A DNA stretch of 64,000 nucleotides from the IMG/VR virus record IMGVR_UViG_3300024520_000060, positions 5,997-69,996 of that record. One strand, given 5' to 3'. A program made the position numbers and the translations under genes. Under the pieces are notes generated by a model. The model did not search any database. It was not told where the DNA came from and was given only the letters and a program-made list of their open reading frames with translations. Origin of the DNA: a virus. Below are positions 1 to 9,904 of this stretch, piece by piece (within the stretch, counting starts at the first letter, position 1; each line of letters begins with the position of its first letter).

Positions 1-843
1 GTCGGTGCTGTCCACGTTGATCGTGAGGTCCCCAGCCGTCACAGCGACACTCACCTCGGTGGCCTCGTGCCACATAGGCACACCCCAGTTGCGGCTCTGC
101 CAGTCGAACATCAGGGACTCGAACCGGCTGTTGTCGAAGGTGCCGTTGTCCATTCGGACATCCCACTCGAAGAATTGACGAGGGTTCTTCCGAGCGGCGA
201 TCCGCTGCTCGCTACCGTCCTCGTGTTCAATGATGTCGGTCAGGAACTGCAGCTTCTCAAGGTAGGGAATCTCCGGCCTGATCGGGAAGAGTACGATCCG
301 GTTCAGGACGATCGGCACCAGGATGGTGACAGCCCCAGAGTCGAACTCGAAGTCCAGAGTGCTGTCCACCGACGGGCTACCAGTGGCGCTGACCTCCAGA
401 GTCATGGCGTACCCTGCCAAGGGGTACATCGGTGCCGGCAGCCCGGGGTTTCCAGACAGAGTGGTGCCATCTCCAGCGTTGTTCGTGAAGCCGGTCCAGC
501 TGCCCTCAGTTTTCCGGAAGCCGGAGAACACATCCATGGCAATAGACTGATCGCTTAGGATGTTGCCAAGGTCAAACGAGCGGGGGATGACATGATAGTT
601 CTCGAAGAAGTCCGGAAACGCCTCGTCCTGGTGGAGGCCCACGAACACAGCGTTCAGCACATGATTGGTCTTCCCAGGACCAGCCACAAGGTTGTGCATC
701 TCCTGCTGCATCGACGGCAACCCGTCAGCAGGAAACGGAAAGAGCGTGGGCAGCGATCTCAGATACGCATCGGCGGCAGCCCCGTTGTCGGTAACTGCCG
801 CCGTGATGAGTGTGGTCTGAGAGAGCCCCGCGAAGACGGTCAT
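1..843 (-). CDS. virion structural (tail tip region) protein, runs off the window edge
   Basis: Not in the ORF track. Hand translation from ATG 843 (overlapping the upstream stop) gives MTVFAGLSQ...FFENYHVIPRSFDLGNILSDQS...LEKLQFLTDIIEHEDGSEQRIAARKNPR. Resembles tail proteins found downstream of the tape measure in YuA/D3112-like siphoviruses. Confidence 0.7.
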   Translation of the reverse strand, partial: MTVFAGLSQTTLITAAVTDNGAAADAYLRSLPTLFPFPADGLPSMQQEMHNLVAGPGKTNHVLNAVFVGLHQDEAFPDFFENYHVIPRSFDLGNILSDQSIAMDVFSGFRKTEGSWTGFTNNAGDGTTLSGNPGLPAPMYPLAGYAMTLEVSATGSPSVDSTLDFEFDSGAVTILVPIVLNRIVLFPIRPEIPYLEKLQFLTDIIEHEDGSEQRIAARKNPRQFFEWDVRMDNGTFDNSRFESLMFDWQSRNWGVPMWHEATEVSVAVTAGDLTINVDSTD

Positions 844-1865
844 CAGGCAGTGACCTTCTTGTAGGCGATGCCCTGGTAGTAGGTCCGCCCGATGACGTCG
901 TCCTCAGTACGCCTCACCTGAGGGAAGAAGAGCCACACATCCGAACCGACCGTGACCTCCTGGCCAGCGGTGAAGTTGAAGATGTCCACACCACGGATGT
1001 CCGGGATGTCACCGAGGAAGTAAGCATAGTCGTTCGTGAAGTCCCTCAGGAAGATAGCCCACGGGTACATCGGGATGTGTCCCGTCGCATTGTCCGAACG
1101 GAAGTCTCCGAGCCCAAAGGCCACAGGGCCTGCTCGGAACCCGCCGAACGTGAGTCGTTTGTGCTCGCCCGCCGTGTCAACGAAGTTGGCACTCTCGTCG
1201 GCAGTGATACCCCCAGCGTGCATCAGCCACTTCTCGGCCGCGAGTTGGTTGGGCAGTCCTTCCGCATGGATGGTAGCCGCCCTGCGCGAGGGGGTCCCCA
1301 CAACAGCCTGCATCCCATCAAACGGAGGGTATGCCTGGGTATCCACACCCGACGATGCGCTGTTCTCATCGGCGAAGTGCCCATAGCAGTACTCGCCTCC
1401 GGTCCAGTCATTGAACTTGTTCATCTCGCCCCATCCGAAGTGGCGGAATGTCTCGCTGGCGATCTCCACCACGATGTGGACGTAGGCAGGGCTCGCGTCC
1501 TGCTCGAAGATGTAGTAGGACGGGAAGGGACCATCGCCGATGTCGTTCACGCACCGCTCGTCATCAAGCTGCGCGTCCGTGCCAAAGGCAGCGTTGTACC
1601 CATTCCCGCTGTCGTCGGTATGCGCGCCGGGGAACACCGCACCGGCATTGGCGAGTGCCTGGTGGATGGACAGGTTGTTGGGAGCGTTCGCCACCCACTT
1701 CAGGCCAACGTGCATGGAGTTCTTGTTCCACTGCGCGAATCCCTCAGCAGCGGTGGTAGTACCATCATCGAAGTCGTCTTGTGTCCACCCGTGGGCAGCC
1801 ATGAAGACGTCGATCTTGGAGAGGAGGTCGCCGAGGTCGGTGGCGGAGCCGGTTTGATAGGCCAT
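843..1865 (-). CDS. virion structural (tail) protein
   Basis: 340 aa; MAYQTGSATDLGDLL N-terminus typical of YuA-like tail structural proteins; lies in the tail module. Confidence 0.7.
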   Translation of the reverse strand: MAYQTGSATDLGDLLSKIDVFMAAHGWTQDDFDDGTTTAAEGFAQWNKNSMHVGLKWVANAPNNLSIHQALANAGAVFPGAHTDDSGNGYNAAFGTDAQLDDERCVNDIGDGPFPSYYIFEQDASPAYVHIVVEIASETFRHFGWGEMNKFNDWTGGEYCYGHFADENSASSGVDTQAYPPFDGMQAVVGTPSRRAATIHAEGLPNQLAAEKWLMHAGGITADESANFVDTAGEHKRLTFGGFRAGPVAFGLGDFRSDNATGHIPMYPWAIFLRDFTNDYAYFLGDIPDIRGVDIFNFTAGQEVTVGSDVWLFFPQVRRTEDDVIGRTYYQGIAYKKVTA

Positions 1866-1869
1866 GAGA

Positions 1870-3555
1870 TCAGTCCTCGTCCAGAGCGAAGTAGCTCCAG
1901 TCCTGGATACGGTTGCCGTTATGGAAGATGGTGTAGCGTTTGGTGGTCAACTCGAAGCGATCCTCGCTCACGATTGCGTTGCCTCCGGTGTGGAACCAGA
2001 AGACTCCGTCGATCTCACCATAGATGTTGTAGAAGTCCGGGAAGAGGTTTACACCAGAGTTCTCGTATCGGATGACCATCGGAGGGACGAGCCAATAGTA
2101 GTCGTCCCCCGTCCCCGGGGTGGGCTTGAGCAGCAGGTTCTGGGTGCCAGGCACCCCACTGACAGGAATGATTGAATGACCACCAGTTGAACTCCAGTCC
2201 ACATCCGAAGTGAGCGACACCTTCTGGTCCGCTCCCGACAGTGCGCCACGGTTCGTGAACGGGTAGATGCAGAACTCGTGTTCAATGATACGAGTAGAGG
2301 CCGAGTCTGAGGTAGCTGCAGCGAAGCTCAGCCAAGTGGCCGCAGGTAGCCGCAGGTAGCCCGGTCCGATGGGGTCACCAGAGACCGAGGAGATGACCTC
2401 CACGATTCCACCAGTCAGCTCGGAGGTCTCGTCCCACAACCTGTTCTGGTCACTGGTATGGCCAGAGATCCAAAGCGGGTAGGGGTACTCGGTATCCGTG
2501 GCCGTCTGGTTCAGGAAGCCCACGTACATGCTGGAGTACTGGGTCGTGGCACCCGACTCAACCTTGCAGACCATGATGATGCGTCGACCTGTCCAGGAGA
2601 TCCACCAACCAATATTGGGATCAGCATCGTCATCCTTCAGAACCACGTACGACCCAATGTTCCCGTTGGTCGGGAGAGCTCCGGTGCTATCGTTGATCTG
2701 GTTCGAAGGTGCCGTACCAGCGTTCATACCAATCTGCTGGTGGATGGGCAGTGTGGCACTGTATGCCGTGGCACCGTAGAGAGCCCAGTTGAACGCTGTG
2801 TCGAATCCCGAGGCCTGACTGAAGGGGCGGATGACGACATGGATCTCGTCAAGGCCAGCGAGACCTTCGCCCTCGAGCATGCAGACCTGCTCTTCGTTGG
2901 CAGCGAACGTTCCATCTGCCCACGTGACGGTCAGCTCACAGGCATCGTCTCCGGAACCGTCGTTGGTGGTGGCCACATCGTTGGACGGCACCTCTTCGTA
3001 GTTGCCTGCCACAAGGAGAGTGACCGTCGCCACACCCGTACCCGCTCCGCCGGTGAGCGTCGCCACAGTGAACGTCGCGTCCGCACCTGCGAACCCCTGG
3101 ACACCCGGTAGCACGTTGGTCGCTGTGAGGATGTCACCGACGTTGTAGCCGTTCCCAGCGGTTCCCACCACGGCGCTGGCCGCCTGTTGCGTACGACGAT
3201 TCTGGGACCACACAGCAGCGCTCATGGTCAGTACGAAGGTGGCGTTGATGCCCGAGCCGGTGGTGCCGCTCTGGGCATTGGTCGTGACGTCCGTGGGGTC
3301 GACCGTGTAGGCCCCGCTTCGGTAGACTCGGATGCCGTCGATGACCCCAGCGGCAACAGACGTCACCTCCAGTTGCGCCAAGATGGAGGACGTTGAACCC
3401 GTGGCGTCGATCTCGATGATGTCGCCGATGGCATGACCTGTGCCACCCACAGCGACAGCGACCGAGGCGAGGTGGCGCGAGTTGACCACGACCTCGAGCA
3501 ACTTGTCGAGCATGTCGACATGGTCGGTGATTCCGGTTCCGCTATTGAAGGGCAT
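1870..3555 (-). CDS. virion structural (tail) protein with Gly/Thr-rich beta inserts
   Basis: 561 aa, immediately after the tape measure; GNGYNVGD-type repeats. Confidence 0.7.
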   Translation of the reverse strand: MPFNSGTGITDHVDMLDKLLEVVVNSRHLASVAVAVGGTGHAIGDIIEIDATGSTSSILAQLEVTSVAAGVIDGIRVYRSGAYTVDPTDVTTNAQSGTTGSGINATFVLTMSAAVWSQNRRTQQAASAVVGTAGNGYNVGDILTATNVLPGVQGFAGADATFTVATLTGGAGTGVATVTLLVAGNYEEVPSNDVATTNDGSGDDACELTVTWADGTFAANEEQVCMLEGEGLAGLDEIHVVIRPFSQASGFDTAFNWALYGATAYSATLPIHQQIGMNAGTAPSNQINDSTGALPTNGNIGSYVVLKDDDADPNIGWWISWTGRRIIMVCKVESGATTQYSSMYVGFLNQTATDTEYPYPLWISGHTSDQNRLWDETSELTGGIVEVISSVSGDPIGPGYLRLPAATWLSFAAATSDSASTRIIEHEFCIYPFTNRGALSGADQKVSLTSDVDWSSTGGHSIIPVSGVPGTQNLLLKPTPGTGDDYYWLVPPMVIRYENSGVNLFPDFYNIYGEIDGVFWFHTGGNAIVSEDRFELTTKRYTIFHNGNRIQDWSYFALDED

Positions 3556-6251
3556 CAGGCTAGGTTGTTCTTGACTGTGGAGCGGTTCTTCTGGATGACG
3601 TTCATGATCATCTGTTCGCCCTCGGGACTGTTGATTGCGGACACGACCTCGGAGGGGTCGGTGACGTTGACGACTGAGACGTTGACCGGGGGAGCCTGGA
3701 CCACCTGGGGAGTACCTCCACCTGCGGCAGCTGTGGCAGCAGCCGTGGCGATACTACCTGCGCCCGGAGGCACAAAGAGTTCAGGCCCACGCTCACCAAC
3801 GATGGTGGGCTCACCTGGGCGGACCGGACCACCCTCGGCTTTGGCGGCGAAGAGCCCAGCGATGCCGGCAGCCCCGCCTCCACCCGCAGCGCCACCCGTG
3901 AAACTGTTGATCAGAGCCAGGATAGCCTGGCGTGCGAGCAGTCTCGTGATGTCTGCCAGGATGCCGTTGACCAGGCCCGCGAAGTCAGCCTCGCCGGTGG
4001 TCGCGAAGCTCACCAGAGCGTCCTCAGCGGACCCGAAGGCGTTCGTCATGGCTCCCTCCATGGCACCTGCCACATCGGTGATGCCGGCGAGGCCGTTCTC
4101 GAGGCCAGCGCGGAATCCACCCTGGAGCGATTCGGCCATGGAACCCACAGCACCTGTGGCCCCTCCCGTCTTTTCAGTGAGCGCAGCCTGAAGTTCCACA
4201 GCCTTGGCCGTCTCTTCATTGGCCAGCCGCTGTGCTTCCGCCTGTCGCTCCAGAGCCTCTCGCTCGGCAGCGAGTGCATCAGCGGCAACGAAGGTCTCGA
4301 GAATGAAGTCGGTGACACCAGAGAAAGCGATACCGTCTTCGAACCCCTTGGTCATGTTGGCGGCCATCTCTTGGCCGGCACCTTCGAACGGGTTCGCGAT
4401 TTCCTCGATCGTACGAGTCAGTTCCCCTTCGGAGACTTCCGACTTGAACTTCTTCATGAAGTTGTCTCCGATCCCGTCGAACTGACCGTTCAGCACCTCT
4501 TGGGCCTGTGCTGCCGTCGACGCCGCTGCGTCAGCCTGACCCTGGAGAAGCTGCGTCAAGGCAACGTCCATCTCCCCGAAGAAGATGACAAGACTCAGAC
4601 CTAGCTGCTTGGCCGAGAAGGCGACAGCACTGAAGAGAGCAGTCGAGACATCGATGGTCTTCTCGATGAAGTTGTTGATGCCCTGAAGAACGACGAAGAT
4701 GCCACTCCCGATAGCCCTCGGAAGCCCAAGGAAGAGTTCGGTCAGAGAGTTGCCCAGTCCGAAGAAGATGCCGATGGCGACATCGGAGAAGGTGGCGATG
4801 GCCAGCAGCACGTTCTGGAGGTTCAGCTCAAAGCCATCGAAGGCACCGCCGAACACCGCATTGATCTCATCCCCAATCCCCTGGACGAGGGGCACGAAAC
4901 TGTCCATGATCACGGCGATCTGGTCGAACGCTGCCTGAGCAACATCCGCGAGGGTGGTCGTGCTCTCGTTGGTCAGGGTGATCTCTTCACGGAACGCGAT
5001 GAGCAATCCGGTGATCAATGTGACCGCGACGGCCAGGGCGTAGAGTGGGTTGGCCGCAGCCGCGAGCGCCAGAGCCTTGAGGGAGAGAGTCAGGTTCTTG
5101 ACCTGCTGAACCACGATCACGAACGTGATGCCCTGGACGACGTTGATGAATCCGGTCAGGTCGTCAGACACAGCACGGAGGCCTGCCGCCAGAGTTTCGA
5201 AGGCATTCCGAATCGCACCCGTGGCGCCGGAGTCACCGAGTCGGATGACCAGGGTCTGGAAGGCTGACCGGACCCGGCGGAGAGCGCCGAGCAGGTTGTC
5301 GTCCATGATGTCCGCCATGCGCTCACCGGCACCTGCCGCACCGTCGAGTTTCTCACGCAGCTCCGTGATGCTGGGCACAGCGTTGACCATGACCTCGAAG
5401 GCCGGACCACCCCTCTGGCCGAACAGCTCGAGAGCGTCACCAACATCCACACCCGATTGCTTCAGCAAGCCGAGCGTAGTGATCAGGCCACTCACCGAGA
5501 CCCCCACGTCCCGGTAGTCGAGCCCCAGGTCCCTGAAGATCTTCTGAGACTTGATGGAGGGAGCCTCGAGCTCGCCGAGCACCTTCCGGAGTCCAGTACC
5601 ACCGAGGCTGGCTTGGAGACCAGCGTCAGACAGGGCACCGATAGCAGCAGTGGTCTCCTCAAGGGAGAGACCGAGACCGGCAGCGACAGGAGCAACGAAC
5701 TTCAGGGCGTCACCCAACTGGGAGACGTTGGTGTTCGCGCTGTTGGCAGCCACGGCCATGACGTCCAGGACGCGTCCCATCTCTGAGACCGGCAGCCGGA
5801 AACCCTTCAGGACGTTCGAGGAGATGTCGGCAGCACGGGCCAGCTCCAGGCTGCCCGCGACTGCGAGGTCCAGGGTGGGCCCAATGGCCTCCAGCACCTC
5901 CACAGCGTCGAAGCCAGCCCGGGCCAGGAAGGTCATGCCGTCCGCAGCCTCTGTGGCAGAGAACCGAGTATCTCGCCCGAGGAGGATGGCCTGCTCGCGC
6001 AAATCTTCGAACTCGTCGCCGAGCGCCCCCGTGATGGCGGCGACCTGAGACATGGACTGACCGAAGTTGGCCAGGGTCTTGATGCCCACGATCAGGAAGG
6101 CCCCGGTAGCAATAGGTGCCAGGGCGCGAACCAGAGCCGCACCGAGGAGTCCTGCCTTGGCCGTCGTCCGAGTCAGCGCCGCATCAACCTTCCTCGCGCC
6201 GGCAACTGCCGGAACGGGGTTGATTACAACATTGATTCTGAAGTCGACCAT
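3555..6251 (-). CDS. tail tape measure protein (TP901-family core)
   Basis: 898 aa, Ala/Gly/Leu-rich; TRFSATEAADGMTFLARAG and ALKFVAPVAAGLG motifs; C-terminal AEGGPV...VGERGPELFVP. Confidence 0.95.
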   Translation of the reverse strand: MVDFRINVVINPVPAVAGARKVDAALTRTTAKAGLLGAALVRALAPIATGAFLIVGIKTLANFGQSMSQVAAITGALGDEFEDLREQAILLGRDTRFSATEAADGMTFLARAGFDAVEVLEAIGPTLDLAVAGSLELARAADISSNVLKGFRLPVSEMGRVLDVMAVAANSANTNVSQLGDALKFVAPVAAGLGLSLEETTAAIGALSDAGLQASLGGTGLRKVLGELEAPSIKSQKIFRDLGLDYRDVGVSVSGLITTLGLLKQSGVDVGDALELFGQRGGPAFEVMVNAVPSITELREKLDGAAGAGERMADIMDDNLLGALRRVRSAFQTLVIRLGDSGATGAIRNAFETLAAGLRAVSDDLTGFINVVQGITFVIVVQQVKNLTLSLKALALAAAANPLYALAVAVTLITGLLIAFREEITLTNESTTTLADVAQAAFDQIAVIMDSFVPLVQGIGDEINAVFGGAFDGFELNLQNVLLAIATFSDVAIGIFFGLGNSLTELFLGLPRAIGSGIFVVLQGINNFIEKTIDVSTALFSAVAFSAKQLGLSLVIFFGEMDVALTQLLQGQADAAASTAAQAQEVLNGQFDGIGDNFMKKFKSEVSEGELTRTIEEIANPFEGAGQEMAANMTKGFEDGIAFSGVTDFILETFVAADALAAEREALERQAEAQRLANEETAKAVELQAALTEKTGGATGAVGSMAESLQGGFRAGLENGLAGITDVAGAMEGAMTNAFGSAEDALVSFATTGEADFAGLVNGILADITRLLARQAILALINSFTGGAAGGGGAAGIAGLFAAKAEGGPVRPGEPTIVGERGPELFVPPGAGSIATAAATAAAGGGTPQVVQAPPVNVSVVNVTDPSEVVSAINSPEGEQMIMNVIQKNRSTVKNNLA

Positions 6252-6254
6252 GAG

Positions 6255-6623
6255 TTACCTTTTCAATCTAGCTGCCGGAGAGGGCTTGTTCTGAGCAGCT
6301 TGCTTGTCCTGCTCACCCTTGGCCCACGTGTTGTAGGCACCTTCCAACGTCCAGATGATTGTTCTGAAGGTGACGAGCATAGCGGAATTCAGTCCGGAAC
6401 GCTCGCCAAAATCCAGGATCTCCGAGTGGGGAATACAGACACCGCCCCTGCGCTCCGTGATGAGACAGTAGAAAGCGGTGATGTAGAAGTCCTCAAAGGG
6501 CTCGAGCTCGGGTTCATCGACGTACCAGTCAGGTAGCGGCTTCTCCCTTGCTAGAGCTGCGTCAACAAGGAACCCGTCCCGCTGGTATCGCAGCTCCCAG
6601 AGGAGCCGCTCTGTTACTTTCCC
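6255..6623 (-). CDS. tail assembly chaperone C-terminal extension (gpGT-like, made by -1 frameshift)
   Basis: Open -1 frame GKVTERLLWELRY...ARLKR* starts at the slippery site and ends 4 nt before the tape measure start. Confidence 0.8.
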   Translation of the reverse strand, partial: GKVTERLLWELRYQRDGFLVDAALAREKPLPDWYVDEPELEPFEDFYITAFYCLITERRGGVCIPHSEILDFGERSGLNSAMLVTFRTIIWTLEGAYNTWAKGEQDKQAAQNKPSPAARLKR

Positions 6624-7060
6624 GAGAGCTCCTCGAGTTCGTCGGGATCCATCTCCAGGCGGAAGTTGGCGATGTCCAGGCAGAACATCCGGAGCTCGTC
6701 GAACATGTCGCCGGGGATGGCCTCCAGGAACTGCTTGCACACTTCCTTGTTGAACTTGACGGCCTTGCCCTTGGCGTCGACCACGTTGGTCCAGCCAGTG
6801 ACGATGAAGGACACGAAGAGCTCGATGTCGGCGGTCCTGGCCTCGGCCAGGGTGGTAGCCGTGGGGGCGACAGCCCTGCGACCCTTGGCCTTGCGTTGGG
6901 CCTGCTTGTTCTTCGTGAGAACCGCATTGAAGAACGGTTTGTTCTCCTGCGTAGCCGGACGAACGGAGAGGGTGGGCTCGCCATTGATTCCGAAGAACAC
7001 GAACTCGGCCGTGGCGTCTTCGGTGATCTGGAGAGCGGAGAGGTTGCTGAAGTCAGTCAT
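6614..7060 (-). CDS. tail assembly chaperone (gpG-like)
   Basis: 148 aa, follows the tail tube gene, ends ELSGK* at the slippery site. Confidence 0.85.
   Translation of the reverse strand: MTDFSNLSALQITEDATAEFVFFGINGEPTLSVRPATQENKPFFNAVLTKNKQAQRKAKGRRAVAPTATTLAEARTADIELFVSFIVTGWTNVVDAKGKAVKFNKEVCKQFLEAIPGDMFDELRMFCLDIANFRLEMDPDELEELSGK
6617..6623 (-). other. programmed -1 frameshift slippery sequence G GGA AAG
   Basis: Minus strand reads TCG GGA AAG TAA; same heptamer as the lambda G/T site, in the canonical position between tail tube and tape measure. Confidence 0.85.
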
Positions 7061-7123
7061 GTCGAATTGGGGGTAGAGGTAGAGAGACTAGGGTGGCCGG
7101 CAAGTCCGACCACCCCGTGTAGA

Positions 7124-8632
7124 TCAGGCCCAGTGGGGGAACTCGGTGAAGCCGATGCTGGTGTCCAGCGTGGCATCAGCGAAGGTGTTCCCCGTGACGG
7201 CGATCTTGATGGACTCGTTGACCGGGAAGCTCTTCGCGCCACCACCGAGGGTGAGGGACGGGAGATCCAGGGAGATAGCCCCATCGTCGTTCGACAGAAG
7301 GAAGTCGAACGTGACAGTCGTGTTGTCCGTGATGGCCGTGGCGAGGTCCGCATCGGTGAAGATGAGTTCCGCTTCCAGGCTGACCGCCAGGTTGCCCGTG
7401 TTCATGAAGACAGCGCCCAGGGTGCCAAGGCACTTCTCCGGCGAGACTTCGTTGGCGATCGTGAGCGTCAGCGACTTGAAGCACGTGGCGAGGTCAGCCT
7501 CGGCCGTGGTCCAAAGGTTCAGACGAGCGAAGGCAGCTGCCGTGTTGAATGCTGCCTTCTGGACTGCCACTACCCGGTTGGACGCGTTGCCCTTGCGAGT
7601 GACGGTGATCTCGTCGGAGTTCGTCCCGATGAAGTTGAAGGCCATGGTGGCCTTGTCCTGACCGGGCATGTTGATGGCCACCTCGTTGCAGAGGTTGCCA
7701 ATGGCGTACTCGTACTCGTCAGTGCCCACCGAGTCCAGGTCGGCGTAGGCCAGTTCGAACTGGAACGAGCGCTCGAGGAAGAGACTATCCGAGACCGCGA
7801 CGTTCTTCACGAAGGGCCCGTAGAGCAAGTCGACCGCAGTGGCCGTCTCGTTGCCGCCACCGTCAAGCGTACCCGTGCCGACGTTCTCGACCTTGTCGAG
7901 GACGATGCCGCTGGTGCCGTCGATGCTGACGATTCGACCAGTGATGACACCGTTACCGAACTCGTTGCCACCTGCGATACCAACCTTGATCTGTTGGCCA
8001 GCCGAGAGACCCAACGTGGATTCGTCCACCAGGGCCGTGGTCAGCGTGTTGGTGGCATCCGTCCAGACCAGGTCCGTGAACCGGAAGCCACAGACATCGA
8101 TCCGAGCGCCGGTCGTGGTGGCCGGGGTCTCAGCAACCACACCGGGCGTGCTGGCCAGGGGCGTGGAGGTCACTGAGGAGGCCGCATCCACTTCGAAGAG
8201 ACCGTTGTTCGCAGCCGTGCTGAAGCCTCGCGACTTGACGAGCGAACCCTGAAGGATCGCCGTGCCGATGGTCGTGTGGGTGAACTCGTTGGTAGCCGCT
8301 GCCAGGGTCTCGTAGTCCGACCCTGCCTGTGCGGAGTTGATGATCGCCGCGCTCTGACGAGTCGCGAAGATGAACCCTTCCATGAACTGCATGGCGTGGT
8401 GCTTGGTGAGGTCGCCCTCCCACTCCACACTTGAGTCCTTGTCCGTGACCGAGCCCTTCTGGGCCTGACGGGTGTTGGAGATGGGGTTCCGGGGAACCGT
8501 AGTGATCTCGGGACCATAGGTCCCGACGGAGTTGGGCTCGAGATCCACCCACAGGGGAGTGGCCGGGAGCGTGCCGATGCTCGCCTCGATGGCGACAGCC
8601 ATCCCGAGGTTGTTGGTGAGTGAACGTGCCAT
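7124..8632 (-). CDS. major tail tube protein
   Basis: 502 aa; N-terminal LEPNSVGTYGPEITTVPRNPISNTRQAQKGSVTD resembles YuA-like tube proteins; synteny. Confidence 0.85.
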   Translation of the reverse strand: MARSLTNNLGMAVAIEASIGTLPATPLWVDLEPNSVGTYGPEITTVPRNPISNTRQAQKGSVTDKDSSVEWEGDLTKHHAMQFMEGFIFATRQSAAIINSAQAGSDYETLAAATNEFTHTTIGTAILQGSLVKSRGFSTAANNGLFEVDAASSVTSTPLASTPGVVAETPATTTGARIDVCGFRFTDLVWTDATNTLTTALVDESTLGLSAGQQIKVGIAGGNEFGNGVITGRIVSIDGTSGIVLDKVENVGTGTLDGGGNETATAVDLLYGPFVKNVAVSDSLFLERSFQFELAYADLDSVGTDEYEYAIGNLCNEVAINMPGQDKATMAFNFIGTNSDEITVTRKGNASNRVVAVQKAAFNTAAAFARLNLWTTAEADLATCFKSLTLTIANEVSPEKCLGTLGAVFMNTGNLAVSLEAELIFTDADLATAITDNTTVTFDFLLSNDDGAISLDLPSLTLGGGAKSFPVNESIKIAVTGNTFADATLDTSIGFTEFPHWA

Positions 8633-8641
8633 GGGTTTTTC

Positions 8642-9064
8642 CTACTTGGTCTCTTGATAGTCGAAGGGAGCGTCCACGATGAGCTGCATCCACTCACCAT
8701 CCTGACCGCTTTCCCGAATGTCTGCGCTGATGAAGTACACCCCGTCGAATAGGGTGCCCTCGAAGATATCACGAGACTCGTCAGCAAGCAAGTCTAGAAC
8801 TCGGGTTCCTTGGTCAACTTGGTCGTAGATCTGGATGAGGACCCGACCACGTCTGAGGAACTTGCGCTTTGCACTCGCGATGGGACCCAGAGAGTCCTGC
8901 TCGCCTTGCTCGTGTACGACCGTCAACCGAGCCCAAGGGGCATTGGTGGGCGGTGTGAATGCCTCGTTTGCGAAGGCGTAGTTGCTGCCAATGCCTGAGG
9001 GGACGTTGTCAACCCAGCGTTGGTAGATGGCCTCGCGAGCCTCGTTGATGGTGACGCTCGTCAT
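8642..9064 (-). CDS. tail terminator-like protein
   Basis: 140 aa; NEAFTPP..PWARL..GRVLIQIY pattern; directly upstream of the tail tube. Confidence 0.75.
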   Translation of the reverse strand: MTSVTINEAREAIYQRWVDNVPSGIGSNYAFANEAFTPPTNAPWARLTVVHEQGEQDSLGPIASAKRKFLRRGRVLIQIYDQVDQGTRVLDLLADESRDIFEGTLFDGVYFISADIRESGQDGEWMQLIVDAPFDYQETK

Positions 9065-9465
9065 GCGGCGTTCATCGCAACAGCAGCGGTGATCGCTGCC
9101 TGCACGAAACCCTTGGGAGCCTGACTGGAGTGTCCGTCATTCAGACGAGTGATGTACGGCACGTTGTTCGTGATGTAGACCGGGCCGATGAGCAGCTTGT
9201 AGTTCAGGAGGGAACCGAGCCCGCTCTGGGTGGCCGCTTCCGCAGACAGGACAGATATCTTGGAGCCCACCGGCTCGGAGGCAGGTTCTCCGCCCAGGGA
9301 GGGGACCCAGTTGGCACGTGCCCACCCCGTATCCACCGGCGTGCCGCCCTCACTCCCCGCCTTGCGGAGATTGGCGACTACGTCAAAGGCCATCTTCCTG
9401 ATGAGACCTTCAGTGAAGATCTCCAGAGACTTGATGACGACGGCGAGTTGGGGCGTGGCTGCCAT
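9061..9465 (-). CDS. neck/tail completion protein (HK97 gp10-like)
   Basis: TPVDTGWARANW and YITNNVPYITRLNDGHSSQAPKGFV motifs. Confidence 0.85.
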   Translation of the reverse strand: MAATPQLAVVIKSLEIFTEGLIRKMAFDVVANLRKAGSEGGTPVDTGWARANWVPSLGGEPASEPVGSKISVLSAEAATQSGLGSLLNYKLLIGPVYITNNVPYITRLNDGHSSQAPKGFVQAAITAAVAMNAA

Positions 9466-9824
9466 CAGGCCGGGATGTTCTGCTTGCCGCGAATGCGGGT
9501 AGTGATCCCGTTGCGTGTGACGTCGTAGTAGCCACCACCAACGTGGACAGTGCTCTGGAGCGACCCGCTACTCAGGTCCGGGGCCAAGTCCTCACCTGCT
9601 CCTGCTGAGGGAGCCTCGAGCTCTGCCTGATCATCGATCTGCAGGAAGCCACCTTCCCACCAGATGCGGAGACGGTGAACGCCGAAATGGTCCTTCATTT
9701 CCTGAGGAACGCGGTCGCCGGGTTCGGCAACATCCACACCCCATCCACGGATGACCATCCTCTTGCGAAAGACGAGGTCTGCGTCAGGGTCGAAGCGTTG
9801 TTTCCAGTGTCGAAGAGTTGCCAT
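9465..9824 (-). CDS. hypothetical protein downstream of capsid
   Basis: Likely start MATLRHWKQRF at 9824; stop overlaps the next start. Confidence 0.6.
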   Translation of the reverse strand: MATLRHWKQRFDPDADLVFRKRMVIRGWGVDVAEPGDRVPQEMKDHFGVHRLRIWWEGGFLQIDDQAELEAPSAGAGEDLAPDLSSGSLQSTVHVGGGYYDVTRNGITTRIRGKQNIPA

Positions 9825-9904
9825 GGTGTACTGTGTTGGGTGGGGGTAGGGGCAGAGGGTGGGCCAAGCTCCGGACCGTTTCAAGTCCGGAGCTCGGCGT
9901 CGAA

